Below are positions 19,803 through 29,706 of a stretch of 64,000 nt of DNA, in pieces. The position numbers were made by a program, and so were the translations under genes. Origin of the DNA: a bacterium (GTDB lineage: Bacteria > UBA8248); assembly GCA_965200245.1 (NCBI GenBank), contig CBDATS010000005.1, forward strand, positions 288,001-352,000, written 5' to 3'. A model generated the notes under the pieces. It made no database searches and was not told where the DNA came from. It was given only the letters and a program-made list of their open reading frames with translations. Numbering within the stretch: the stretch's first letter is position 1; each line of letters opens with the position of its first letter.

Positions 19803-20492
19803 TCAAGCAACAGGATAAGGGAGCGGATCGCGCTCTCCGATTTCCTCGAACCCCTTGCGTCTCAGGATACAGGCATCGCACATACCACAGGGCCTCCCCT
19901 CACCCAGCGGATCGTAACAGGTATGCGTGAGAGAAAAATCCACCCCCAGTTCCAGGCCTTTTCGCGCGATATCGGATTTTCGCATTGCGCTCAAGGGCGT
20001 ATGGATCACGATCGGCGTGCCTCCCACACTCGATTTGGTCGCCAAACGCGCCATTTTCGCGTAAGCCTCAACGTATTCAGGACGGCAGTCGGGATATCCC
20101 GAATAATCGAGCGCGTTCACGCCGATGAATATGTCGCTCGCTCCCTTCACCTCGGCCAGGGCGAGTGCATAGCTCAGAAAAATCGTGTTCCGCGCGGGTA
20201 CGTAGGTTATCGGTATGTCCTCTCCGATGTCGGCGCGTTCCTTCGGCACCTCGATATCGTCGGTGAGCGCGCTGCCGCCGATAGGACGCATGTCGATGGA
20301 CAAAACGGTGTGGCCGGCCGAGCCGATTTGCTTCGCCACTTTTTTTGCGGCCATGAGTTCGCAGCGATGTCTTTGCCCGTAGTCGAAACTGAGCGCCTCG
20401 CAGGCGAACTTCTCCGACTTCGCGATGGCAAGCACGACGGCCGAATCCATGCCACCACTCAAGAGTATGACCGCCACCCTTTTCTCGTCCAT
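19803..20492 (-). CDS. queC: 7-cyano-7-deazaguanine synthase
   Basis: LSGGMDS, DYGQRH, YVPARN, GYPDCR, TCY..CGMCDAC. Confidence 0.95.
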   Translation of the reverse strand: MDEKRVAVILLSGGMDSAVVLAIAKSEKFACEALSFDYGQRHRCELMAAKKVAKQIGSAGHTVLSIDMRPIGGSALTDDIEVPKERADIGEDIPITYVPARNTIFLSYALALAEVKGASDIFIGVNALDYSGYPDCRPEYVEAYAKMARLATKSSVGGTPIVIHTPLSAMRKSDIARKGLELGVDFSLTHTCYDPLGEGRPCGMCDACILRRKGFEEIGERDPLPYPVA

Positions 20493-20610
20493 GCACAATT
20501 CCCGTTCATGAGCGAGCAGATGAGCTATCCTGCGAAATAAAGCATAATAGGGTATTCTAGCGGTTCGGCAAAGGCGAAAGGCGTGTTTCCCACAACCGGA
20601 GGATCGGACG

Positions 20611-21411
20611 ATGTCCGTGGCGACTGTGAACGGCGTGAACCTCGCGTACACCATAAATGGAGGAGGCGCACCCCTGGTCGCGATGCACGGATTCGCCAAC
20701 TCCATATACACTTGGGAGCCCGTGATGGATACGCTCGCAAGCCGCTTTCAGACTTTCGCCTACGATCATCGAGGCCACGGCGGGTCGAGCAAACGTCAGG
20801 GTCCCTTCAGCATCGAGACTTTGTCCGAGGACCTTCTCGCGCTCCTCAACTTCTGGGGACTAGACAGGGTCCACCTCATTGGACACAGCATGGGCGGGCG
20901 GGTCACCCTGTGGTTCACTCTAAAGCATCCCGAGAGGGTCGACAGCCTGATGCTCGTCGGCTCATCCGCCGCTGCACCCGAAGGGGACATGAGGCGACGA
21001 TTTGAACTGCTCCGGCAACTGGCGCTCGACAAGGGAATAGAGGCGGCCCTCGCGAGTGAAGAAATGCAGGCGACACTGCCCCGCGACTACATCGACGGAG
21101 CGAGTGCAGGGGAATTTCGGCTGCAGTTTTTGAAAAACACGCCCGAGGACTACGCAGCGGCGGTGGACGCCATCCTGACAACGCCGGACATGAGGGAACG
21201 CTTGGGAGATATCCATGTCCCCGTCTGGGCCTGCGTGGGCGAGGGGGACGTCGGGCCGATGGCTTATGGCGAGATGTTCGAGGAAAGAATCCCGAATTGT
21301 ATAAGAACGATTATCCCGGCCTGCGGACATTACCCGATGCAGGATGCGCCCGAGGCTTTTTGCGCTGCATTCGATGACTTCTTCAAGTCGGCGATTGATG
21401 TGAACTCATAA
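20611..21411 (+). CDS. Alpha/beta hydrolase (PcaD-like)
   Basis: HGF, DHRGHG, GHSMGG, GH. Confidence 0.85.
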   Translation: MSVATVNGVNLAYTINGGGAPLVAMHGFANSIYTWEPVMDTLASRFQTFAYDHRGHGGSSKRQGPFSIETLSEDLLALLNFWGLDRVHLIGHSMGGRVTLWFTLKHPERVDSLMLVGSSAAAPEGDMRRRFELLRQLALDKGIEAALASEEMQATLPRDYIDGASAGEFRLQFLKNTPEDYAAAVDAILTTPDMRERLGDIHVPVWACVGEGDVGPMAYGEMFEERIPNCIRTIIPACGHYPMQDAPEAFCAAFDDFFKSAIDVNS

Positions 21412-21422
21412 GGAGAAAATTC

Positions 21423-21824
21423 ATGACGCATGACGAAGCGCTGGCCTTCCTGAACGAGCAGCACTACGGCGTCCTCAGTACTCTGCTCAAGGACGGGAGA
21501 TCGCACCCCACGCCCATCGTGTTCGACTACAAAGACGGCGCCGCGGAGATTTCCATGACCTGGGACCGCGTGAAGGCCAGGAACCTGATGCGCGACCCCA
21601 GAGCCACGCTTTGCGTGATGCCACAGGACAGCTTCTATCCCTACCTCTGTGCCGAGGGAGAGGCTAAACTCGTCGAAGACCCCGACGGCATGAAAAACCT
21701 GGATCTCTACCGTCGCATCACCGGAAAGGACCCCGACGATCTCGCTGAATACTTACAAGCGATGAAAAATGACAAGCGCCTCGTGGCAAGACTGCACGTC
21801 ACGAGGATGTATCCGATTGGGTGA
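21423..21824 (+). CDS. Pyridoxamine-5'-phosphate-oxidase-like (PPOX class) split-barrel protein
   Basis: GVLSTLLKDGRSH, KARNLMRDPRATL. Confidence 0.75.
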   Translation: MTHDEALAFLNEQHYGVLSTLLKDGRSHPTPIVFDYKDGAAEISMTWDRVKARNLMRDPRATLCVMPQDSFYPYLCAEGEAKLVEDPDGMKNLDLYRRITGKDPDDLAEYLQAMKNDKRLVARLHVTRMYPIG

Positions 21825-21882
21825 GACCAGCCTTATCCATGCTATAATTCGTCTCGAATGCATCAAACAGGGAGGATACCTC

Positions 21883-22197
21883 ATGACTGTCACCGCCGTT
21901 GTCCGCTTCCCGCTTCCCGAAGGAATTACCGAAGAGCAGCTTGCCGCGTCATTCGAGAATTCTTCGGCTCTTTACCGTGACGTGCCCGGCCTGTTGCGCA
22001 AATACTATCTGGTGTCAGAAGACCGGCGCACCGGGGGCGGGGTCTATATCTTCGAGTCGCGTACTGACGCCGAGCGGGTCCACAATGAGGTGTGGCGCGC
22101 CAGGCTGCGCGAGCGCATGGGAGTCGAGCCCGAGGTCCAGTACTTCGACTCGCCCGTCATCGTCGATAATGAGGCCAAGGCCGCTTCGACTGCATAA
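21883..22197 (+). CDS. YdhR-like monooxygenase family protein, copy 1
   Basis: VPGLLRKYY, GGGVYIFESR, PVIVDN; SD GGAGG; upstream TGcTATAAT extended -10 at 21840-21848. Confidence 0.8.
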   Translation: MTVTAVVRFPLPEGITEEQLAASFENSSALYRDVPGLLRKYYLVSEDRRTGGGVYIFESRTDAERVHNEVWRARLRERMGVEPEVQYFDSPVIVDNEAKAASTA

Positions 22198-22209
22198 GGA
22201 GGACACTTC

Positions 22210-22527
22210 ATGGCCGTAACAGCAATCGTTCGCTTTGCGCTTCCGGAAGGGAAGACCCACGAGGAAATGGCCGCGGCCTTCGAGCACTCGGCCCCTCTGT
22301 ACCGTGACGTGCCGGGTCTGGTACGAAAATATTATCTGGTGTCGGACGATGTGCGCACCGGAGGCGGGGTCTATTTATTCGAATCGCGCGCCGACGCCGA
22401 GCGGCTCTACGACGACGCCTGGCGCACCGGTCTGCGCGAGCGTCTGGGAGTCGAGCCCACTATCGAATACTTCACCTCGCCTGTTATCGTGGACAACGAG
22501 GTCGGAGCCATCTCCACGGCATCCTGA
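22210..22527 (+). CDS. YdhR-like monooxygenase family protein, copy 2
   Basis: Closely similar to copy 1 (VPGLVRKYY, GGGVYLFESR). Confidence 0.8.
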   Translation: MAVTAIVRFALPEGKTHEEMAAAFEHSAPLYRDVPGLVRKYYLVSDDVRTGGGVYLFESRADAERLYDDAWRTGLRERLGVEPTIEYFTSPVIVDNEVGAISTAS

Positions 22528-22818
22528 CTGCCAGGAGACTCATGCGCCCATCAAAGGCACCTCTCGGTCAGCGAGGCGTTCGTTCTCGCTTCACCCCCAG
22601 TGCAAGACCCGGGAAGCTGCATATTCCGGGCCAATGCACCGGAAATGAACAGGACTCTTCAGGTAAAAGCTGCTCGATCTGGAAAAGCAAGTTCAGAAAT
22701 CAACTGTCAAAAATGGATTTGAGAGGAAACATCTCAAATCCCTGGAACAATCGGTCGGGTGTGGCCTGGTAATATCTACAGGATGACTCCATACCTCTCG
22801 AATAGAGAATCTTCCTCC

Positions 22819-23502
22819 TCACCTCGCCGCTCTCGCCAGGATCTCGCGGTAACCGGCGTAAACCGCCTCCCCGTAGGCGGGCGGGGCGTGGACTTCGGTG
22901 AGCTTGCCACCCTCTATCGTCTTATCCGAAGCGTAGGGATTGAAAACCGCTTCCCCGCCCGGGAGCATGAGGGTGGGACTCGTCATCGGAAGGCCTTCCT
23001 CATCTCGCAAGCGCATGGCCTCTCTGTAGTCATCCATCACGCCTTCTTCGTATGCGCCCGATCCCAGGTCAGCGCGAACACCGGAGGCATCAAGGCCCGT
23101 CTCTTCGGCCATCTCGCATAGCACCGTATCCTCATCAACGCGCTTGCCCTCATAGAAAAAACCTCGCCGAATCTTGAGATCGTAGACGCGCGCCTTTTCC
23201 GGGTCCTGTGCATATGCGCTCGCATAAGCCTGATAGGCACGCAGCGTGGTGCGCAGATATTCTTCGTGAGGCCAGCTTCTGCACGGAGAAAGCGGCTCCT
23301 GAACGGCTATCAGGGGCCATTCCTGATCCACGATGTGGCGCGGTGCCGGGCGATCATTGATGATCTCCAGCGGAAACGCGCGCCATTTGAGATGCAGCCT
23401 GCCCTCGAACTCGGGAATCACCTTGTCCAGCCGCGCCGCGGCCATGTACGCCCAAGGTCAGTGATATTCGTGAAAAATCTCGACAACTGCCGTATCCGCC
23501 AT
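22819..23502 (-). CDS. DsbA/FrnE-family protein, predicted selenoprotein (Sec15, UPWA)
   Basis: SD GAGGG, ATG 23502, VEIFHEYH-TGA(23460-23458)-PWAY in frame with ORF 22819..23445; WRAFPL and TSPT cis-Pro loop; hairpin 23421-23457. Confidence 0.8.
23421..23457 (-). promoter_or_regulatory. Candidate bacterial SECIS hairpin
   Basis: Lower stem CCTTG/CAAGG directly after UGA, upper stem GCCGC-GGC-GCGGC, loop 20 nt after UGA. Confidence 0.6.
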
Positions 23503-23678
23503 CTTATGCCCTCACAGGAAAGAGAAATATCTCAAGATAAATCTGGATGGGGCTCATCCCCTCCCCCTCCGATGATGTACACGCAGGCTCCAACGAGGGC
23601 AAGCAGTCGTATCCCCGCGGGCGCCTGATGCGCCAAAAAAGCTGTGGTATCATGCCAAAAATCGAGGAGATGGACGGA

Positions 23679-24092
23679 ATGAACCCCGCAGACAAGACGC
23701 TCGCTTCCATACTCGCTGAGGCCAGGAACATCGCCGTGGTAGGACTTTCGAACGATCCTGAGCGAACGAGCCATCGAATTGCAAAGTACATACAGGACGC
23801 GGGCTACCGCGTCATCCCGGTAAATCCCAGAATCGATTCCGTCCTTGGGGAGAAGGCGTACGCCAGCTTGGGCGATGTGACCGAGTGCGTCGACATCGTG
23901 AATGTCTTCCGGCGTTCGGAGGAAATACCCGCCCTGGTGGATGACGCGATAGAAAAGCGCCCGTGCGCCTTCTGGATGCAAAAGGGTATCGCGCATCCCG
24001 CCTCGGCGCGCCTGCTGGAGGACGCGGGCATCACAACGATTCAAGACACCTGCATCAAGACAGCGCACCGGGAACTTACTCAATCCCCTTGA
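23679..24092 (+). CDS. CoA-binding protein (YccU-like)
   Basis: IAVVGLS, YRVIPVNP, DIVNVFRR, WMQKG, DTCIK. Confidence 0.9.
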   Translation: MNPADKTLASILAEARNIAVVGLSNDPERTSHRIAKYIQDAGYRVIPVNPRIDSVLGEKAYASLGDVTECVDIVNVFRRSEEIPALVDDAIEKRPCAFWMQKGIAHPASARLLEDAGITTIQDTCIKTAHRELTQSP

Positions 24093-24156
24093 TGAGAACG
24101 GGCCGCTGCGAATCTCGCAAAAATTCCACCGCTACCTGCTTCTCGGCGCAGGCGCG

Positions 24157-24939
24157 TTGATGGTCATGAGTATTTTGGGGCTTTTAGAGAACTTTCTGCT
24201 CTATCACCCCTACCGGGAAATCGAAGTAACTCCCCGAAACTACGGCATCTCGTATGAGAATGTCTCTTTCAGAGCCGCAGACGGCGTTCGCCTGCACGGC
24301 TGGTACGTCGCATCGAAAGACCCGGATGGCCCGGTACTGTTCTGGGCGCACGGCAACGCGGGTAATCTCTCTCACCGCGCGGAAAATATCGCGCTCATCC
24401 AAAAAGAACTGGGAGCGGGCGTTTTCATCTTCGACTACCGGGGTTATGGGAAAAGCGAAGGAAGACCGGGTGAGGAGGGCCTCTACGCCGACGCCCGGGC
24501 CGCGTACAAGTGGCTCATCGATCGCATATCGCCGGAGCGCGTCTTTCTCTTTGGCCGTTCTTTGGGCGCGGCGGCAATGACCAAGCTCGCTATGGAAGGC
24601 AAGGAAGCACGCGGCCTGATTCTCGAGAGCCCTTTCGAGAACACCCTCGCCATGGGAAAGAAAATGTTCCCATTCCTTCCAGTCGGGTGGCTCGTCTCCT
24701 CCAAATTCGACAATGCATCCATGCTCCCGAAAGTGGAGTTGCCCCTGTTCATCCTGCACGGGGACAAGGACGGGATCGTTCCTTTCGCTCAAGGGCGAAG
24801 ACTCTACGAATCGGCGGGCTCAAGGCATAAACGCTTTTTCACTATCAGGGGAGCGGGCCACAACGACACGTATTTTTCAGGGGGCGCCACATACTGGGCG
24901 GCGTGGCGGGATTTTCTGACAAATCCCGAATCAGGGTGA
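24157..24939 (+). CDS. Alpha/beta hydrolase (ABHD13-like)
   Basis: HGNAGN, DYRGYG, GRSLG, HGDKD, GHND. Confidence 0.85.
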   Translation: MMVMSILGLLENFLLYHPYREIEVTPRNYGISYENVSFRAADGVRLHGWYVASKDPDGPVLFWAHGNAGNLSHRAENIALIQKELGAGVFIFDYRGYGKSEGRPGEEGLYADARAAYKWLIDRISPERVFLFGRSLGAAAMTKLAMEGKEARGLILESPFENTLAMGKKMFPFLPVGWLVSSKFDNASMLPKVELPLFILHGDKDGIVPFAQGRRLYESAGSRHKRFFTIRGAGHNDTYFSGGATYWAAWRDFLTNPESG

Positions 24940-25737
24940 ATCAGGGGCCGGTTCCGTTTTTCCGGCTCTGCGCCTCGCGCGAAACTCCTGCAGCAACCTT
25001 TCATGATTCACGCTCGACAGGAAATTCTCGACGAATGCGTCCGCGGGTCGTTTGATGAGATTTTCGGGCGTATCGATCTGGACGATCGCGCCGTCTCGCA
25101 TCACGGCGATCCGGTCGGCAATCTGGAAAGCATCGGACAAATCATGCGTCACGAGCAGGCTTATCGCCCCGATTTCATCGTGCACCCTTCTCAACTCCTT
25201 TCGAACATCGAGTCTGGCGACCGGATCGATGTTCGCCAGAGGTTCATCGAGAAGAAATACCTGCGGGGGAACGGCAATGGCGCGGCCGATAGCGACTTTT
25301 TGCTGCTGGCCCGCGCTCAGGCTGTCCGGTCGGCGACGGGACCATTTTTTGCTGATGCCCAGACGCCGCATCACGTCTTGTGAACGTTCGTTCAGAATGC
25401 CCGGTAGCCAGCGCCGGATTTTAAGTGCGAAGTTCAGGTTCGAGTATTTCTTCTCGTCGCAAACCCGCATGTGCGGCCAAAGGGCGTAGCTCTGGAAAAC
25501 AAGCTGCACCCCGCGCCGACCGGGCGGGATACCGTTCAGGCGCTGGCCGTCGAAATAAATATGGCCGCCGTCTTCATCTTCTACTCCTGCAATGAGGCGC
25601 AAGAGCGTCGATTTGCCGCATCCCGTGGGACCCACCATCACCACGAACTCCCGATCCTCAAGCACCAGGGAAAGATTATCGACTGCGCAAACGTCGTCGA
25701 AATTTTTCTTGAGTCCAGAAATCGTCAGACGGCTCAT
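24931..25737 (-). CDS. ABC transporter ATP-binding protein (MalK-like, orphan)
   Basis: GPTGCGKS, FQSYAL, LSAGQQQ, LLDEP, VTHD. Confidence 0.9.
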   Translation of the reverse strand: MSRLTISGLKKNFDDVCAVDNLSLVLEDREFVVMVGPTGCGKSTLLRLIAGVEDEDGGHIYFDGQRLNGIPPGRRGVQLVFQSYALWPHMRVCDEKKYSNLNFALKIRRWLPGILNERSQDVMRRLGISKKWSRRRPDSLSAGQQQKVAIGRAIAVPPQVFLLDEPLANIDPVARLDVRKELRRVHDEIGAISLLVTHDLSDAFQIADRIAVMRDGAIVQIDTPENLIKRPADAFVENFLSSVNHERLLQEFRARRRAGKTEPAPDSP

Positions 25738-25754
25738 GACTCGCTCCGGCCCGT

Positions 25755-26120
25755 TCAGTCTCTGGGCACCAGTTCGTTCAGTTTCTTAACGCCGGGGGTG
25801 AATATCTCCTCCAAAACGAGCGGTCCATCGCCTGCGTTGCGCGTGGAATGCTCCTGGTTCGGCGGAAATATCACGACGCCACCCGGTCCGAGCACCACCT
25901 CCCTTGCGCCACACGTGAACCTCGCCGTGCCTTCGAGCACGATGGTCATCTGCTCGTTCGGATGCGAATGGGGGTTGTACATGTCCACGCCGGCGCGAAT
26001 CGTCTGGCGAAGTACGGTCAGGCGCTCGCCAGCCACCACACGCATTTCCCTCTCGCCAGTATCGTGCGCTTCCATCTCCTCGAAATGATAGTATTTCACG
26101 CTCTTCTCCAACTGATTCAT
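25755..26120 (-). CDS. Cupin domain protein
   Basis: PHSHPNEQ...PPNQEH. Confidence 0.85.
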   Translation of the reverse strand: MNQLEKSVKYYHFEEMEAHDTGEREMRVVAGERLTVLRQTIRAGVDMYNPHSHPNEQMTIVLEGTARFTCGAREVVLGPGGVVIFPPNQEHSTRNAGDGPLVLEEIFTPGVKKLNELVPRD

Positions 26121-26246
26121 GAAACTTTACCGAAAAATGAACTTCGGGATCTGAAAATAACCCGATCCATCGTATAGAAGTATTTGCATCCGCTCAAACC
26201 TTCTCCTAAAGTGTCATGAGATCGCTCTACATTTTTGGAGAAAACC

Positions 26247-26768
26247 ATGAAGCGAACCCTTATCTGCATAGTCGCCGTCGCAATTCTCGCCGCGTTCTGG
26301 ACGTTCCACCAGGTCGGCGCAGCGGGACTCGGACCGGGCGCGCGCGCACCCGAACTCAGGGGCGGTCCCTGGCTAGGCGGTGAACCCTTGAAACTCGCCG
26401 ACCTGCGTGGCAAGGTCGTTCTGATCGACATGTGGACGTTCGCCTGAATCAATTGCGTGCGGGAGATCCCCACGCTGCGTTCGTGGCACGAACGCTACAA
26501 GGACAAGGGGCTGGTCGTCATCGGAAACCACGCACCCGAGTTTGACTTCGACAGGAAAAAAGAAAACGTCGCAGACGCCATGGCCAAACTCGGCATCAAA
26601 TACCGCGTCGTGCTGGACAACGATTTCACCAACTGGGACGCCTTCAAGAATCGCTTCTGGCCGACGAAATACCTGATCGACAAAAAAGGCATCGTGCGCT
26701 TCAAGACGATCGGCGAGGGTAACCACGCACGCACCGAGGCGCTCATCGTGAAGCTGCTCGCAGAGTGA
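26247..26768 (+). CDS. Exported TlpA/DipZ-like redoxin, predicted selenoprotein (Sec67, UINC)
   Basis: ORFs 26235..26447 and 26457..26768 share one frame joined by TGA 26445-26447: LRGKVVLIDMWTFA-U-INCVREIP; HAPEF, WPTKYLIDKKG; N-terminal hydrophobic signal; hairpin 26455-26475. Confidence 0.88.
26455..26475 (+). promoter_or_regulatory. Candidate bacterial SECIS hairpin
   Basis: GCGTG(c)GGG-AGAT-CCC-CACGC, loop 16 nt after UGA with G at second position. Confidence 0.55.
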
Positions 26769-27754
26769 TCGAGACAGAGGAAACGACCGAATCGGGGAGC
26801 GCCCCCGCCTATTCCTATTCGTCCCTCCTGCGGGTCACCCATTGGCTGAACGTCCCGCTTCTGCTTCTGATGATGGCGAGCGGGCTTCAGATATGGTGGG
26901 CATACCCCGCCTTCGGACCGGACAGACCCAATCCCGAGATCGTCTACGATGCGTTGCGAGGTACGGAAACGCAAGCCGACCCGCGCGCCATCAACCTGGG
27001 CGCGGACTACAGGGTGTTCGTCCAGGGTCTCACGAAAACCTTCGGCATCGGCGAATGGCTTGCGGGCGCGCTGCGATGGCATTTCGCCCTGATGTGGCCC
27101 TACACCATCAACGGGCTGATCTTCCTGATCCTGCTCATGCTGACGGAAGAAGGGAGACACTACCGCATCACACGGGCGGATTTCCCGGGTGTCAAGGAAA
27201 TGTTGCTCCACCCCATCAGGACCTTTCACCACCCCCCCGGAGAGGGGAAGTTCAACCCGACACAAAAACTCGCCTACAACGCCGTCGTACTGTCCGGGGT
27301 TCTCTCCGTCCTGACGGGCCTCGCCATCCTCAAACCCGTCCAACTCGGGTGGCTGACATGGCTTTTTGGGGGTTATCAGTCGAGCAGGTTCCTGCATTTT
27401 CTGGTGATGCTGTTCCTGATCGTCTTCATGATCGGCCATTTCTTAATGGTGATATCCCATGGATGGCGGCGCGGACTCGCGCCCATGGTCGTCGGGATCA
27501 AGGCGGAGCGCGACGCCTTTCGGGCCAGACAAAGTCGATTCGCCAGGAATCTCGGGCGCGTCGCCGAGGAGTCGGCCATCCTGATAATTTCCTTCTGGCT
27601 CGGGAACCTCGTTGCGGATATGATGAACGCAGCTTTGGGTGGTGAGGCGCACGGGCTGTGGTTCAGCACACCGGGCTATCTCCTGGTTCGGTTCGGTCTC
27701 ATGCGCGGGCGACGAGTCGGAAATATTTTTCGCAAGACAAAAACGGGAACCTGA
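26765..27754 (+). CDS. Di-heme cytochrome b membrane protein (Ni-hydrogenase cytb/thiosulfate reductase type) with extra C-terminal TM segments
   Basis: RVTHWLN, SGLQIW, RWHF, KFNPTQKLAY, RFLHF...GHF; GTGA overlap with redoxin stop. Confidence 0.85.
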   Translation: MIETEETTESGSAPAYSYSSLLRVTHWLNVPLLLLMMASGLQIWWAYPAFGPDRPNPEIVYDALRGTETQADPRAINLGADYRVFVQGLTKTFGIGEWLAGALRWHFALMWPYTINGLIFLILLMLTEEGRHYRITRADFPGVKEMLLHPIRTFHHPPGEGKFNPTQKLAYNAVVLSGVLSVLTGLAILKPVQLGWLTWLFGGYQSSRFLHFLVMLFLIVFMIGHFLMVISHGWRRGLAPMVVGIKAERDAFRARQSRFARNLGRVAEESAILIISFWLGNLVADMMNAALGGEAHGLWFSTPGYLLVRFGLMRGRRVGNIFRKTKTGT

Positions 27755-27757
27755 GAG

Positions 27758-28048
27758 ATGAACACGGAAGATCAAACAGAATTCGTCTTACCGACCACAC
27801 TGGCGAAGCGCAGGCTTTTCACGGGCAGGCTGGTGTTGAGCGTCGTCTGCATCAACGCACTTCTCGCCATTGTTGCAGCATACCTGCTGAGTGGACCGTT
27901 GGCCTGGATAACGCGTTTTGAGTTTGGTTTTCTCACCTGGGCTTGCATCCTGCACCCGACCTCTCTCGTACTGGCGGCCCCCATCATCGCGCCCGTCATC
28001 ATCCGGGTGTTGAAGCCTCCACCAGAGTCCTCGGGAGAAAATCCATGA
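27758..28048 (+). CDS. Small membrane protein
   Basis: Two to three hydrophobic segments; tight spacing and ATGA overlap with next gene. Confidence 0.6.
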   Translation: MNTEDQTEFVLPTTLAKRRLFTGRLVLSVVCINALLAIVAAYLLSGPLAWITRFEFGFLTWACILHPTSLVLAAPIIAPVIIRVLKPPPESSGENP

Positions 28049-28854
28049 GAAGAGACAAAGAAAGAAATTTCTCCGACGAGAGCCGACCGACGTCATCCAG
28101 ACGCGGATTTATACAGATGCTCATCGGCGGCGCCTCCGCTTTCATGACTGGTTGTTCACGCCTCAATGAGGAACCCGGCGTGCAGGCTGTGTTGAGTTGG
28201 TTCGATCGGCTGAACCACAAGGTGGGCCTCATGACGGACAGCAACCACCGTCTGGCGCGTACGTATCCCAGAAGCGCCGTACAGCCCGAACAGATGCGAC
28301 CCAATGGTTCGGTGGTCAATCCGAACTCCCAAATCATTCAGACCCCGCCCGAGGAATGGCGGCTCGTCGTGGGCGAGGCCCAGCTAAAAAACGGCCAGAT
28401 GATGAAGCGCCACTGGGTACGGGAATACACGCTACAGGAACTTCGCCGAATGCCTGTACTCGACCAGACTGTGGAGCACATTTGCGTGGAGGGCTGGAGC
28501 GCGATTTGTCACTGGCGAGGAGTGCATCTCGCGCGCTTCATCGAAATGCATGATATCCGACCCGAGAGCCGCTACATATTCTTCCTGTGCGACGACATGC
28601 TCGCCACCGCGAACGGGCACGAGCGCTACAGCGTGACGTTCGATCTCAAACAAGCGATGCACCCGCAGAATGTTCTCGCCTATGAATACAACGGCAAGAC
28701 CCTGCCCCCGGAGCACGGCGCGCCGCTGCGCCTCGCCTCACCCACGAACGTGGGCTGGAAGAGCGCAAAATTCCTGCGCTACGTCTTCTTCACGAACGAA
28801 GATATTGGCGGCTTCTGGGAGAAACAGGGCTACCCGCGCTACTACGGTTTCTGA
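28045..28854 (+). CDS. Molybdopterin oxidoreductase (sulfite oxidase/MsrP-like), Tat-exported, possible lipoprotein
   Basis: SRRGFIQ twin-arginine motif, AFMTGC, Mo-ligand HICVEGWS, HPQNVLAY, EHGAPLRL, GWKSAK, GFWE. Confidence 0.9.
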   Translation: MRRDKERNFSDESRPTSSRRGFIQMLIGGASAFMTGCSRLNEEPGVQAVLSWFDRLNHKVGLMTDSNHRLARTYPRSAVQPEQMRPNGSVVNPNSQIIQTPPEEWRLVVGEAQLKNGQMMKRHWVREYTLQELRRMPVLDQTVEHICVEGWSAICHWRGVHLARFIEMHDIRPESRYIFFLCDDMLATANGHERYSVTFDLKQAMHPQNVLAYEYNGKTLPPEHGAPLRLASPTNVGWKSAKFLRYVFFTNEDIGGFWEKQGYPRYYGF

Positions 28855-29492
28855 CGTCCCCCGGAGCCTTGAGACGCCTGCTCGCTCACGTTTCCGGAAA
28901 CGATCTTTAGCGGATTTTCGATCCCTTGGCATCGGTCCATGATCGCTTGCCTGTTCAGGCTGGTCTTGACATCGCCTTTCCCGAGACAGCTGCGTGGCTG
29001 GAAGAGTACAGTTCGGCTTGCGGAACCCGGCCACCCCTGCTCCACGCCCTGAGCACCCCTCAGACCTGACGATTCAATGAAGATTGTGGTTTCGCCGCTC
29101 ATCACTCCGCTCTCGCTGGAACCAGAATTCCGCAAAACCCAACGATTCATCTGGAAATCGGTGGAGTCGACCACGTCTCCTGCGGGGATATCATGGCGGA
29201 ACACGTCCACAATGGGAGTTGCAGCGAATGATGTTCCCCGTGCCGTACCAACGCCGCGGCCGTGCCATTCCAGCCTGCGGCTCGCATTGGTAACGTCGCT
29301 CTACGCCAAGACACTAACTCGTCGAGTGTCTTCGCAACGAGACAACTGTTGGCGGCCCGGGTGGCGTGGGTTTGTCCGGCATCCGCCCCTGTGGTCTGAC
29401 AGAAGCAATTCTTCAAGCGCTGGCCCAAGAAGATTCGCAGAGAAACGCAGAGGATATCCTCGCCGGTATAATTCACGAAGCATCCGACAGTC

Positions 29493-29522
29493 TTGACAAC
29501 CCCAAGCCCGCTTCCCTATAAA
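29493..29522 (+). promoter_or_regulatory. Possible sigma70 promoter of tRNA-Asn
   Basis: TTGACA-18nt-TATAAA about 50 nt upstream of the tRNA. Confidence 0.45.
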
Positions 29523-29570
29523 CCCCTAATGTTTGGGAACTGGCGCCGATTCATGCAAAATGCTTCCCAC

Positions 29571-29645
29571 TCCGGCGTAGCTCAACGGCAGAGCAATCGG
29601 CTGTTAACCGATGGGTTGTAGGTTCGAATCCTACCGCCGGAGCCA
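29571..29645 (+). tRNA. tRNA-Asn(GTT)
   Basis: TCCGGCG/CGCCGGA + GCCA, anticodon arm ATCGG-CTGTTAA-CCGAT, GGTTCGAATCC. Confidence 0.97.
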
Positions 29646-29706
29646 ATTTCTGTGGGTTGTTCCACCCCCACGCCTCACCTGTCCTTGAGGCGAAACCAGA
29701 GCTCGG

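Noticed and set aside
28940-29040. Cobalamin-riboswitch-like words on minus strand (AACTGTA, GCCAC, GGGAAAGG, AGACC)
   Set aside because: Upstream conserved elements are not recognisable and there is no downstream gene on that strand to regulate
28842-29496. Overlapping ORFs between the Mo enzyme and tRNA-Asn, including a minus frame broken by one TAG
   Set aside because: No recognisable motif or convincing SD; cannot tell decayed gene from non-coding DNA
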